A DNA stretch of 64,000 nt from Eledone cirrhosa. Its lineage: Eukaryota. Below are positions 1 to 15,000 of the stretch, one piece after another (positions within the stretch are counted from its first letter, which is position 1; each line of letters begins with the position of its first letter). The stretch covers positions 339,574,001 through 339,638,000 of the forward strand of contig OZ024742.1 in NCBI GenBank assembly GCA_964016885.1. Direction: 5' to 3'. Position numbers and translations under genes: made by a program. Under the pieces are notes generated by a model that saw only the letters and a program-made list of their open reading frames with translations, ran no database searches and was not told the DNA's origin.

Positions 1-3000
1 GGGAAGGTGGATGATGGGAAGAGAATGGCAGAGAGGTGGATGACGGGAAGAGAATGACGCAGAGGTGGATGACGGGAAGGTGGATAATGGGAAGGAAATG
101 ACAGAGAGGTGGAAGACGGGAAAGTGGATGATGGGAAGTAAATGACGGAGAGGTGGATGACGGGAAGGTGGATGACTGGATGAGAATGAGAGAGAAGGAT
201 GGATGACGGGAAGATGGATGATGGGAAGGAAATGACAGAGAGGTGGATGACGGGAAGGTGGATGATGGGAAGTGAATGACAGAGAGGTGGATGACGGGAA
301 GGTGGCTGATGGGAAAAAAATGACAGAGAGGTGGATGACGGGAAATATATGACAGAGAGGTGGATGACGGGAAGGTGGATGATGGGAAGTGAATGGCAGA
401 GAGGTGGATGACGGGAAGGTGGATGTTGGGAAGGAAATGACAATGAGGTGGATGACGGGAAGGTGGATGATAGGAAGGGAATGACAGAGAGGTGGATGAC
501 GGGAAGGTGGATGATGGGAAGAGAATGAGAGAGAGGTGGATGACGGGAAGGTGGATGATGGGAAGAGAATGACAGAGAGGTGGATGATGGGAAGGGAATG
601 ACAGAGAGGTGCATGACGGGAAGAGAATGACAGAGAGGTGGATGACGGGAAGGTGGATGACGGGAAGAGAATGACACAGAGGTGGATGATGGGAAGGTGG
701 ATGATGGGAAGATAATGACAGAGAGGTGGATGATGGGAAGGTGGATGATGGGAAGAGAATGACAGAGTGGTGGATGACGGGAAGGTGGATGATGGGAACA
801 GAATGACAGAGAGGTGGATGATGGGAAGGTGGATGATGGGAAGAGAATAACAGAGAGGTGGATGACAGGAAGGTGGATGATGGGAAGAGAATGACAGAGA
901 GGTGGATGATGGAAAGGGAATGACAGAGAGGTGGATGACGGAAAGGTGGATGACAGGAAAGGAATGACAGAGAGGTGGATGACGGAAAGGTGGATGATGG
1001 GAAGGGAATGACAGAGAGGTGGATGACGGAAAGGTGGATGATGGGAAGGGAATGACAGAGAGGTGGATGACGGGAAGGTGGATGATGGGAAGGGAATGAC
1101 AGAGAGGTGGATGACGGAAAGGTGGATGATGGGAAGGGAATGACAGAGAGGTGGATGACGGGAAGGTGGATGATGGGAAGAGAATGACTGAGAGGTGGAT
1201 GACGGGAAGGGAGATGATGGGAGGTGAATGACAGAGAGGTGGATGACGGGAAGGGGGATGATGGGAGGTGAATGACAGAGAGGTGGATGATGGGAAGGGG
1301 GATGATGGGAGGTGAATGACAGAGAGGTGGATGATGGGAAGGTGGATGACGGGAAGTGAATGACAGAGAGGTGGATGACGGGAAGGTGGATGATGGGAAG
1401 GGAATGACAGAGAGGTGGATGACGGGAAGGTGGATGATGGGAAGGGAATGACAGAGAGGTGGATGACGGGAAGGTGGATGATGGGAAGGGAATGACAGAG
1501 AGGTGGATGACGGGAAGGGAGATGATGGGAGGTGAATGACAGAGAGGTGGATGACGGGAAGGGGGATGATGGGAGGTGAATGACAGAGAGGTGGATGATG
1601 GGAAGGTGGATGACGGGAAGTGAATGACAGAGAGGTGGATGACGGGAAGGTGGATGATGGGAAGGGAATGACAGAGAGGTGGATGACGGGAAGGTGGATG
1701 ATGGGAAGGAAATGACAGAGAGGTGGATGACGGGAAGAGAATGACAGAGAGGTGGATGATGGAAAGGGAATGACAGAGAGGTGGATGACGGGAAGGTGGA
1801 TGATGGGAAGGAAATGACAGAGAGGTGGATGACGGGAAGGTGGATGATGGGAAGGGAATGACAGAGAGGTGGATGATGGGAAGAGAATGACAGAGAGGTG
1901 GATGACGGGAAGGTGGATGATGGGAAGAGAATGACAGAGAGGTGGATGATGGGAAGGGAATGACAGAGAGGTGGATGACGGAAAGGCGGATGATGCGAAG
2001 TGAATGACAGAGAGGTGGATGACGGGAAGGTGGATGATGGGAAGAGAATGGCAGAGAGGTGGATGACGGGAAGAGAATGACGCAGAGGTGGATGACGGGA
2101 AGGTGGATGATGGGAAGAGAATTGCAGAGACGTGGATGACGGGAAGAGAATGACGCAGAGGTGGATGACGGGAAGGTGGATAATGGGAAGGAAATGACAG
2201 AGAGGTGGAAGACGGGAAAGTGGATGATGGGAAGTAAATGACGGAGAGGTGGATGACGGGAAGGTGGATGACTGGATGAGAATGAGAGAGAAGGATGGAT
2301 GACGGGAAGATGGATGATGGGAAGGAAATGACAGAGAGGTGGATGACGGGAAGGTGGATGATGGGAAGTGAATGACAGAGAGGTGGATGACGGGAAGGTG
2401 GCTGATGGGAAAAAAATGACAGAGAGGTGGATGACGGGAAATATATGACAGAGAGGTGGATGACGGGAAGGTGGATGATGGGAAGTGAATGGCAGAGAGG
2501 TGGATGACGGGAAGGTGGATGTTGGGAAGGAAATGACAATGAGGTGGATGACGGGAAGGTGGATGATAGGAAGGGAATGACAGAGAGGTGGATGACGGGA
2601 ATGTGGATGATGGGAAGAGAATGACAGAGAGGTGGATGACGGGAAGGTGGATGATAGGAATGGAATGAGAGAGAGGTGGATGACGGGAAGGTGGATGATG
2701 GGAAGAGAATGACAGAGAGGTGGATGATGGGAAGGGAATGACAGAGAGGTGGATGACGGGAAGGTGGATGTTGGGAAGGAAATGACAGTGAGGTGGATGA
2801 CGGGAAGGTGGATGATGGGAAGAGAATGACAAAGAGGTGGATGACGGGAAGGTGGATGATGGGAAGAGAATGACAGTGAGGTGGATGACGGGAAGGTGGA
2901 TGATGGGAAGGAAATGACAGAGAGGTGGATGACGGGAAGGTGGCTGTTGGGAAAAGAATGACAGAGAGGTGGATGACGGGAAGGAAATGACAGAGAGGTG

Positions 3001-6000
3001 GATGACGGGAAGGTGGAAGATGGGAAGGAAATGACAGAGAGGTGGATGACGGGAAGGTGGATGAAGGGAACGGAATGACAGAGAGGTGGATGACGGGAAG
3101 GTGGATGTTGGGAAGGAAATGACAGTGAGGTGGATGACGGGAAGGTGGATGATAGGAATGGAATGAGAGAGAGGTGGATGACGGGAAGGTGGATGATGGG
3201 AAGAGAATGACAGAGAGGTGGATGATGGGAAGGGAATGACAGAGAGGTGGATGACGGGAAGGTGGATGTTGGGAAGGAAATGACAGTGAGGTGGATGACG
3301 GGAAGGTGGATGATGGGAAGAGAATGACAAAGAGGTGGATGACGGGAAGGTGGATGATGGGAAGAGAATGACAGAGAGGTGGATGACGGGAAGGTGGATG
3401 ATGGGAAGGAAATGACAGAGAGGTGGATGACGGGAAGGAAATGACAGAGAGGTGGATGACGGGAAGGAAATGACAGAGAGGTGGATGACGGGAAGGTAGA
3501 TGATGGGAAGGAAATGACAGAGAGGTGGATGACGGGAAGGTGGATGATGGGAAGGGAATGACAGAGAGGTGGATGATGGGATGAGAATGACAGAGAGGTG
3601 GATGACGGGAAGGTGGATGATGGGAAGAGAATGACAGAGACGTGGATGATGGGAAGGGAATGACAGAGTGGTGGATGACGGGAAGCAAATGACAGAGAGG
3701 TGGATGATGGGAAGGGAATGACAGAGAGGTGGAGGACAGAAAGGTGGATGAGGTGAAGGGAATGACAGAGAGGTGGATGATGGGAAGGGAATGACAGAGT
3801 GGTGGATGACGAGAAGATGGGTGATGGGAAGGGAATGACAGAGAGGTGGATGACGGGAAAGTCGATGATGGGAAGAGAATGACAGAGAGGTGGATGACGG
3901 GAAGGTGGATGAGGCGAAGGGAATGACAGAGAGGTGGATGATGGGAAGAGAATGACAGAGAGGTGGATGATGGGAAGCGAATGACAGAGTGGTGGATGAC
4001 GGGAAGATGGGTGATGGGAAGGGAATGACAGAGAGGTGGATGACGGAAAGGTGGATGATGGGAAGAGAATGAGAGAGAGGTGGACGACGGGAAGATGGAT
4101 GATGGGAAGTGAATAACAGAGAGGTGGATGACGGGAAGGTTGATGATGGGAAAAGAATGACAGAGAGGTGGATGACGGGAAGAGAATGACAGAGAGGTGT
4201 ATGACGGGAAGGTGGATGATGCGAAGAGAATGACAGAGATGTGGATGACGGGAAGGTGGATGACGGAAAGAGAATGACAGAGAGGTGGATGACGGGAAGG
4301 TGGATGGTGGGAAGAGAATGACAGAGAGGTGGATGGTGTGAAGAGAATGACAGAGAGGTGGATGGCGGGAATGTGGATGATGGGAAGGGAATGACAGAGA
4401 CGTGGATGACGGGAAGGTGGATGACGGAAAGAGAATGACAGAGAGGTGGATGACGGGAAGGCGGATGGTGGGAAGAGAATGACAGAGAGGTGGATGACGG
4501 GAAGGAAATGACAGAGAGGTAGATGACAGGAAGGTGGATGATGGGAAGAGAATGACAGAAAGCTGGATGACGGGAATGTGGATAATGGGAAGGAAATTAG
4601 AGAGAGGTGGATGACGGGAAGGTGGATGACGGGAAGAGAATAACAGAGAGGTGGATGACGGGAAGATAATGACAGAGAGGTGGATGGTGTGAAGAGAATG
4701 ACAGAGAGGTGGATGACGGGAAGGGAATGACAGAGAGGTGGATGACGGGAATGTGGATGACGGAAAGAGAATGACAGAGAGGTGGATGACGGGAAGGGAA
4801 TGACAGAGAGGTGGATGACAGGAAGGAGGATGATGGGAAGAGAATGGCAGCGAGGTGGATGATGGAAAGGTGGATGATGGGAAGGAAATGACAGTGAGGT
4901 GGATGACGGGAAGGGAATGACAGAGAGGTGGATGACAGGAAGGTGGATGATGGGAAGAGAATGACAGCGAGGTGGATGACGGGAAGGTGGATGATAGGAA
5001 GGGAATGACAGAGAGGTGGATGACGGGAAGGTGGATGATGGGAAGTGAATGACAGAAAGCTGGATGACGGGAAGGTGGATGATGGGAAGAGAATGACAGA
5101 GAGGTGGATGACGGGAAGAGAATGACAGAGAGGTGGATGACGGGAAGGGAATGACAGAGAGGTGGATGACGGGAAGGTGGCTGATGAGAGGCAAATGACA
5201 GAGAGGTGGACGACGGGAAGGTGGATGATAGGGAGAGAATGACAGAGAGGTGGATGACGGGAAGAGAATGACAGTGACGTGGATGACGGGAAGGTGGATG
5301 ATGGGAAGGGAATGACAGAGAAGTGGATGACGGGAAGATGGGTGATGGGAAGGGAATGACAGAGAGGTGGATGATGGGAAGAGAATGACAGAGTGGTGGA
5401 TGACGGGAAGGTGGATGATGGGAAAAGAATGACAGAGAGGTGGATGACGGGAAGGTGGATGATGGGAAGGAAATAACAGAGAGGTGGATGACGGGAAGGT
5501 GGATGATGGGAAGAGAATAACAGAGAGGTGGATGATGGGAAGGTGGATGACGGGAAGAGAATGACAGAGAGGTGGATGACGGGAAGGTGGATGATGGGAA
5601 GAGAATAACAGAGAGGTGGATGACGGGAAGGTGGATGACGGGAAGGAAATGACAGAGAGGTGGATGACGGGAAGGTGGATGATGGGAAGAGAATAACAGA
5701 GAGGTGGATGACGGGAAGGTGGATGACGGGAAGGAAATGACAGAGAGGTGGATGACGGGAAGGTGGATGATGGGAAGAGAATAACAGAGAGGTGGATGAT
5801 GGGAAGGTGGATGACGGGAAGGTGGATGATGCGAAGAGAATGACAGAGAGGTGGATGACGGGAAGTTGGATGACGGAAAGAGAATGACAGAGAGGTGGAT
5901 GATGGGAAGGTGGATGATGGGAAGAGAATAACAGAGAGGTGGATGACGGGAAGGTGGATGACGGGAAGGAAATGACAGAGAGGTGGATGACGGGAAGGTG

Positions 6001-9000
6001 GATGATGGGAAGAGAATAACAGAGAGGTGGATGACGGGAAGGTGGATGACGGGAAGGAAATGACAGAGAGGTGGATGACGGGAAGGTGGATGATGGGAAG
6101 AGAATAACAGAGAGGTGGATGACGGGAAGGTGGATGACGGGAAGGAAATGACAGAGAGGTGGATGACGGGAAGGTGGATGATGGGAAGAGAATAACAGAG
6201 AGGTGGATGATGGGAAGGTGGATGACGGGAAGGTGGATTATGGGAAGAGAATAACAGAGAGGTGGATGATGGGAAGGTGGATGACGGGAAGGTGGATGAT
6301 GCGAAGAGAATGACAGAGAGGTGGATGACGGGAAGTTGGATGACGGAAAGAGAATGACAGAGAGGTGGATGATGGGGAGGTGGATGATGGGAAGAGAATA
6401 ACAGAGAGGTGGATGATGGGAAGGTGGATGACGGGAAGGTGGATGATGCGAAGAGAATGACAGAGAGGTGGATGACGGGAAGTTGGATGACGGAAAGAGA
6501 ATGACAGAGAGGTGGATGATGGGAAGGTGGATGATGGGAAGAGAATAACAGAGAGGTGGATGATGGGAAGGTGGATGACGGGAAGGTGGATGATGCGAAG
6601 AGAATGACAGAGAGGTGGATGACGGGAAGTTGGATGACGGAAAGAGAATGACAGAGAGGTGGATGATGGGAAGGTGGATGGTGGGAAGAGAATGACAGAG
6701 AGGTGGATGGTGTGGAGAGAATGACAGAGAGGTGGATGACGGGAAGGGAATGACAGAGAGGTGGATGACGGGAATGTGGATGATGGGAAGGGAATGACAG
6801 AGACGTGGATGACGGGAAGGTGGATGACGGAAAGAGAATGACAGAGAGGTGGATGACGGGAAGGGAATGACAGAGATGTGGATGACAGGAAGGTGGATGA
6901 TGGGAAGAGAATGACAGAGAGGTGGATGACGGGAAGGTGGATGATGGGAAGTGAATGACAGAGAGGTGGATGACGGGAAGGTGGATGATGGGAAGTGAAT
7001 GACAGAAAGCTGGATGACGGGAAGGTGGATGATGGGAAGAGAATAACAGAGAGGTGGATGACGGGAAGGTGGATGATGGGAAGGAAATGACAGTGAGGTG
7101 GATGACGGGAAGGGAATGACAGAGAGGTTGATGACGGGAAGGGAATGACCGAGAGGTGGATGACAGGAAGGTGGCTGATGGGATGAGAATGACAGAGATG
7201 TGGATGACGGGAAGGTGGATGATAGGAAGGGAATGACAGAGAGGTGGATGACGGGAAGTGAATGACAGAGAGGTGGATGACGCGAAGAGAATGACAGAGA
7301 GGTGGATGACGGGAAGGTGGATGATGGGAAGAGAATGACAGAGAGGTGGATGACGCGAAGAGAATGACAGAGAGGTGGATGACGGGAAGGTGGATGACGG
7401 GAAGAGAATGACAGAGAGGTGGATGATGGGAAGGGAATGACAGAGAGGTGGATGACGGGAAGGGAATGACAGAGAGGTGGATGACGGGAAGGTGGCTGAT
7501 GAGAAGCAAATGACAGAGAGGTGGACGACGGGAAGGTGGATGATAGGGAGAGAATGACAGAGAGGTGGATGACGGGAAGGTGGATGATGAGAAGCAAATG
7601 ACAGAGAGGTGGACGACGGGAAGGTGGATGATAGGGAGAGAATGACAGAGAGGTGGATGACGGGAAGATGGGTGATGGGAAGGAAATGACAGAGAGGTGG
7701 ATGATGGGAAGAGAATGACAGAGTGGTGGATGACGGGAAGGTGGATGACGGGAAGGAAATGACAGAGAGGTGGATGATGGGAAGAGAATAACAGAGGTGG
7801 ATGATGGGAAGGTGGATGACGGGAAGAGAATGACAGAGAGGTGGATGACGGGAAGGTTGATGATGGGAAGAGAATAACAGAGAGGTGGATGACGGGAAGG
7901 TGGATGATGGGAAGGGAATGACAGAGAGGTGGATGACGGGAAGATGGGTGATGGGAAGGAAATGACAGAGAGGTGGATGATGGGAAGAGAATGACAGAGT
8001 GGTGGATGACGGGAAGGTGGATGACGGGAAGGAAATGACAGAGAGGTGGATGATGGGAAGAGAATAACAGAGGTGGATGATGGGAAGGTGGATGACGGGA
8101 AGAGAATGACTGAGAGGTGGATGACGGGAAGGTGGATGATGGGAAGGAAATAACAGAGAGGTGGATGACGGGAAGGTGGATGATGGGAAGAGAATAACAG
8201 AGAGGTGGATGATGGGAAGGTGGATGACGGGAAGAGAATGACAGAGAGGTGGATGACGGGAAGGTGGATGATGGGAAGAGAATAACAGAGAGGTGGATGA
8301 CGGGAAGGTGGATGATGGGAAAAGAATGACAGAGAGGTGGATGACGGGAAGGTGGATGATGGGAAGGAAATAACAGAGAGGTGGATGATGGGAAGGTGGA
8401 TGATGGGAAGAGAATAACAGAGAGGTGGATGATGGGAAGGTGGATGATGGGAAGAGAATAACAGAGAGGTGGATGACGGGAAGGTGGATGACGGGAAGGA
8501 AATGACAGAGAGGTGGATGACGGGAAGGTGGATGATGGGAAGAGAATAACAGAGAGGTGGATGATGGGAAGGTGGATGACGGGAAGGTGGATGATGCGAA
8601 GAGAATGACAGAGAGGTGGATGACGGGAAGTTGGATGACGGAAAGAGAATGACAGAGAGGTGGATGATGGGAAGGTGGATGATGGGAAGAGAATAACAGA
8701 GAGGTGGATGACGGGAAGGTGGATGACGGGAAGGAAATGACAGAGAGGTGGATGACGGGAAGGTGGATGATGGGAAGAGAATAACAGAGAGGTGGATGAC
8801 GGGAAGGTGGATGACGGGAAGGAAATGACAGAGAGGTGGATGACGGGAAGGTGGATGATGGGAAGAGAATAACAGAGAGGTGGATGACGGGAAGGTGGAT
8901 GACGGGAAGGAAATGACAGAGAGGTGGATGACGGGAAGGTGGATGATGGGAAGAGAATAACAGAGAGGTGGATGACGGGAAGGTGGATGACGGGAAGGAA

Positions 9001-12000
9001 ATGACAGAGAGGTGGATGACGGGAAGGTGGATGATGGGAAGAGAATAACAGAGAGGTGGATGATGGGAAGGTGGATGACGGGAAGGTGGATGATGCGAAG
9101 AGAATGACAGAGAGGTGGATGACGGGAAGTTGGATGACGGAAAGAGAATGACAGAGAGGTGGATGATGGGAAGGTGGATGATGGGAAGAGAATAACAGAG
9201 AGGTGGATGACGGGAAGGTGGATGACGGGAAGGAAATGACAGAGAGGTGGATGACGGGAAGGTGGATGATGGGAAGAGAATAACAGAGAGGTGGATGACG
9301 GGAAGGTGGATGACGGGAAGGAAATGACAGAGAGGTGGATGACGGGAAGGTGGATGATGGGAAGAGAATAACAGAGAGGTGGATGATGGGAAGGTGGATG
9401 ACGGGAAGGTGGATGATGCGAAGAGAATGACAGAGAGGTGGATGACGGGAAGTTGGATGACGGAAAGAGAATGACAGAGAGGTGGATGACGGGAAGGTGG
9501 ATGGTGGGAAGAGAATGACAGAGAGGTGGATGGTGTGGAGAGAATGACAGAGAGGTGGATGACGGGAAGGGAATGACAGAGAGGTGGATGACGGGAATGT
9601 GGATGATGGGAAGGGAATAACAGAGACGTGGATGACGGGAAGGTGGATGACGGAAAGAGAATGACAGAGAGGTGGATGACGGGAAGGGAATGACAGAGAT
9701 GTGGATGACAGGAAGGTGGATGATGGGAAGAGAATGACAGAGAGGTGGATGACGGGAAGGTGGATGATGGGAAGTGAATGACAGAGAGGTGGATGACGGG
9801 AAGGTGGATGATGGGAAGTGAATGACAGAAAGCTGGATGACGGGAAGGTGGATGATGGGAAGAGAATGACAGAGAGGTGGATGACGGGAAGGTGGATGAT
9901 GGGAAGTGAATGACAGAAAGCTGGATGACGGGAAGGTGGATGATGGGAAGAGAATAACAGAGAGGTGGATGACGGGAAGGTGGATGATGGGAAGTGAATG
10001 ACAGAGAGGTGGATGACGGGAAGGTGGATGATGGGAAGTGAATGACAGAAAGCTGGATGACGGGAAGGTGGATGATGGGAAGAGAATAACAGAGAGGTGG
10101 ATGACGGGAAGGTGGATGATGGGAAGGAAATGACAGTGAGGTGGATGACGGGAAGGGAATGACAGAGAGGTGGATGACGGGAAGGGAATGACCGAGAGGT
10201 GGATGACAGGAAGGTGGCTGATGGGATGAGAATGACAGAGATGTGGATGACGGGAAGGTGGATGATAGGAAGGGAATGACAGAGAGGTGGATGACAGGAA
10301 GTTGGATGATGGGAAGTGAATGACAGAAAGCTGGATGACGGGAAGGTGGATGATGGGAAGAGAATGACAGAGAGGTGGATGACGCGAAGAGAATGACAGA
10401 GAGGTGGATGACGGGAAGAGAATGACAGAGAGGTGGATGATGGGAAGGGAATGACAGAGAGGTGGATGACGGGAAGGGAATGACAGAGAGGTGGATGACG
10501 GGAAGGTGGCTGATGAGAAGCAAATGACAGAGAGGTGGACGACGGGAAGGTTGATGATGGGAAAAGAATGACAGAGAGGTGGATGAGGGGAAGGTGGATG
10601 ATAGGGAGAGAATGACAGAGAGGTGGATGAGGGGAAGGTGGATGATAGGGAGAGAATGACAGAGAGGTGGATGACGGGAAGAGAATGACAGAGACGTGGA
10701 TGACGGGAAGGTGGATGATGGGAAGGGAATGACAGAGAAGTGGATGACGGGAAGAGAATGACAGAGACGTGGATGACGGGAAGGTGGATGATGGGAAGGG
10801 AATGACAGAGAGGTGGATGATGGGAAGATGGGTGATGGGAAGGGAATGACAGAGAAGTGGATGACGGGAAGATGGGTGATGGGAAGGGAATGACAGAGAG
10901 GTGGATGATGGGAAGAGAATGACAGAGTGGTGGATGAGGGGAAGGTGGATGATAGGGAGAGAATGACAGAGAGGTGGATGACGGGAAGTTGGATGATGGG
11001 AAGGGAATGACAGAGAGGTGGATGACGGGAAGGTGGATGATGGGAAGGGAATGACAGAGAAGTGGATGACGGGAAGGTGGATGACGGGAAGGAAATGACA
11101 GAGAGGTGGATGATGGGAAGAGAATAACAGAGGTGGATGATGGGAAGGTGGATGACGGGAAGAGAATGACAGAGAGGTGGATGACGGGAAGGTTGATGAT
11201 GGGAAAAGAATGACAGAGAGGTGGATGACGGGAAGGTGGATGACGGGAAGGAAATGACAGAGAGGTGGATGACGGGAAGGTTGATGATGGGAAGAGATTA
11301 ACAGAGAGGTGGATGATGGGAAGGTGGATGACGGGAAGAGAATGACAGAGAGGTGGATGACGGGAAGGTGGATGATGGGAAGGGAATGACAGAGAGGTGG
11401 ATGATGGGAAGATGGGTGATGGGAAGGGAATGACAGAGAAGTGGATGACGGGAAGATGGGTGATGGGAAGGGAATGACAGAGAGGTGGATGATGGGAAGA
11501 GAATGACAGAGTGGTGGATGAGGGGAAGGTGGATGATAGGGAGAGAATGACAGAGAGGTGGATGACGGGAAGAGAATGACAGAGACGTGGATGACGGGAA
11601 GGTGGATGATGGGAAGGGAATGACAGAGAGGTGGATGATGGGAAGATGGGTGATGGGAAGGGAATGACAGAGAAGTGGATGACGGGAAGATGGGTGATGG
11701 GAAGGGAATGACAGAGAGGTGGATGATGGGAAGAGAATGACAGAGTGGTGGATGAGGGGAAGGTGGATGATAGGGAGAGAATGACAGAGAGGTGGATGAC
11801 GGGAAGTTGGATGATGGGAAGGGAATGACAGAGAGGTGGATGACGGGAAGGTGGATGATGGGAAGGGAATGACAGAGAAGTGGATGACGGGAAGGTGGAT
11901 GACGGGAAGGAAATGACAGAGAGGTGGATGATGGGAAGAGAATAACAGAGGTGGATGATGGGAAGGTGGATGACGGGAAGAGAATGACAGAGAGGTGGAT

Positions 12001-15000
12001 GACGGGAAGGTTGATGATGGGAAAAGAATGACAGAGAGGTGGATGACGGGAAGGTGGATGACGGGAAGGAAATGACAGAGAGGTGGATGACGGGAAGGTT
12101 GATGATGGGAAGAGATTAACAGAGAGGTGGATGATGGGAAGGTGGATGACGGGAAGAGAATGACAGAGAGGTGGATGACGGGAAGGTTGATGATGGGAAA
12201 AGAAAGACAGAGAGGTGGATGACGGGAAGAGAATGACAGAGAGGTGGATGACGGGAAGGTGGATGGTGGGAACAGAATGACAGAGAGGTGGATGGTGTGA
12301 AGAGAATGACAGAGAGGTGGATGTCGGCAAGGGAATGACAGAGAGGTGGATGACGGGAAGGTTGATGATTGGAAAAATAATGACAGAGAGGTGGATGACG
12401 GGAAGAGAATGACAGAGAGGTGGATGACGGGAAGAGAATGACAGAGGGGTGGATGACGGGAAGGTGGATGATGCGAAGAGAATGACAGAAAGGTGGATGA
12501 CGGGAAGTTGGATGACGGAAAGAGAATGACAGAGAGGGGGATGACGGGAAGGTGGATGGTGGGAAGAGAATGACAGAGAGGTGGATGGTGTGAAGAGAAT
12601 GACAGAGAGGTGGATGACGGGAAGGTGGACGATGAGAAGCAAATGACAGAGAGGTGGACGACGGGAAGGTGGATGATGGGAAGAGAATGACAGAGAGGTG
12701 GATGACGGGAAGCTGGATGATAGGGAGAGAATGACAGAGAGGTGGATGACGGGAAGGTGGATGATAGGGAGAGAATGACAGAGAGGTGGATGACGGGAAG
12801 TTGGATGATAGGGAGAGAATGACAGAGAGGTGAATGACGGGAAGAGAATGACAGAGAGGTGGATGACGGGAAGAGAATGACAGAGAGGTGGATGACGGGA
12901 AGGTGGCTGATGAGAAGCAAATGACAGAGAGGTGGACGACGGGAAGGTGGATGACGGGAAGAGAATGACAGAGACGTGGATGAAGGGAAGGTGGATGATG
13001 GGAAGGGAATGACAGAGAAGTGGATGACGGGAAGATGGGTGGTGCTAAGGGAATAACAGAGAGGTAGATGATGGGAAGAGAATGACAGAGAGGTGGATGA
13101 CGTGAAGGTGGATGATGGGAAGGAAATGACAGAGAGGTGGATGACGGGAAGGTGGATAATGGGAAGAGAATGACAGAGAAGTGAATGACGGGAAGAGAAT
13201 GACAGAGAGGTGGATGACGGGAAGGTGAATGACGGGAAGGAAATGACAGAGAGGTGGATGACGGGAAGGTGGATGATGGGAAGAGAATGACAGAGAGGTG
13301 GATGACGGGAAGGTTGATGATGGGAAAAGAATGACAGAGAGGTGGATGACGGGAAGAGAATGACAGAGAGGTGGATGACGGGAAGGTGGATGATGAGAAG
13401 AGAATGACAGAGAGGTGGATGACGGGAAGGTGGATGACGGAAAGAGAATGACAGAGAGGTGGATGACGGGAAGGGAATGACAGAGAGGTGGATGACGGGA
13501 AGGTTGATGATGGGAAAAGAATGACAGAGATGTGGATGACGTGAAGAGAATGACAGAGAGGTGGATGACGGGAAGGTGGATGACGGAAAGAGAATGAGAG
13601 AGAGGTGGATGACGGGAAGGTGGATGGTGGGAAGAGAATGACAGAGAGGTGGATGGTGTGAAGAGAATGACAGAGAGGTGGATGACGGGAAGGGAATGAC
13701 AGAGAGGTGGATGACGGGAATGTGGATGACGGGAAGGAAATGACAGAGAGGTGGATGACGGGAAGGTGGATGATGGGAAGAGAATAACAGAGAGGTGGAT
13801 GATGGGAAGGTGGATGACGGGAAGTTGGATGATGCGAAGAGAATGACAGAGAGGTGGATGACGGGAAGTTGGATGACGGAAAGAGAATGACAGAGAGGTG
13901 GATGATGGGAAGGTGGATGATGGGAAGAGAATAACAGAGAGGTGGATGACGGGAAGGTGGATGACGGGAAGGAAATGACAGAGAGGTGGATGACGGGAAG
14001 GTGGATGATGGGAAGAGAATAACAGAGAGGTGGATGACGGGAAGGTGGATGACGGGAAGGAAATGACAGAGAGGTGGATGACGGGAAGGTGGATGATGGG
14101 AGGAGAATAACAGAGAGGTGGATGATGGGAAGGTGGATGACGGGAAGGTGGATGATGCGAAGAGAATGACAGAGAGGTGGATGACGGGAAGTTGGATGAC
14201 GGAAAGAGAATGACAGAGAGGTGGATGACGGGAAGGTGGATGGTGGGAAGAGAATGACAGAGAGGTGGATGGTGTGGAGAGAATGACAGAGAGGTGGATG
14301 ACGGGAAGGGAATGACAGAGAGGTGGATGACGGGAATGTGGATGATGGGAAGGGAATGACAGAGACGTGGATGACGGGAAGGTGGATGACGGAAAGAGAA
14401 TGACAGAGAGGTGGATGACGGGAAGGGAATGACAGAGATGTGGATGACAGGAAGGTGGATGATGGGAAGAGAATGACAGAGAGGTGGATGACGGGAAGGT
14501 GGATGATGGGAAGTGAATGACAGAGAGGTGGATGACGGGAAGGTGGATGATGGGAAGTGAATGACAGAAAGCTGGATGACGGGAAGGTGGATGATGGGAA
14601 GAGAATAACAGAGAGGTGGATGACGGGAAGGTGGATGATGGGAAGGAAATGACAGTGAGGTGGATGACGGGAAGGGAATGACAGAGAGGTGGATGACGGG
14701 AAGGGAATGACCGAGAGGTGGATGACAGGAAGGTGGCTGATAGGAAGGGAATGACAGAGAGGTGGATGACGGGAAGTTGGATGATGGGAAGTGAATGACA
14801 GAAAGCTGGATGACGGGAAGGTGGATGATGGGAAGAGAATGACAGAGAGGTGGATGACGCGAAGAGAATGACAGAGAGGTGGATGACGGGAAGGTGGATG
14901 ACGGGAAGAGAATGACAGAGAGGTGGATGATGGGAAGGGAATGACAGAGAGGTGGATGATGGAAAGGGAATGACAGAAAGCTGGATGACGGGAAGGTGGA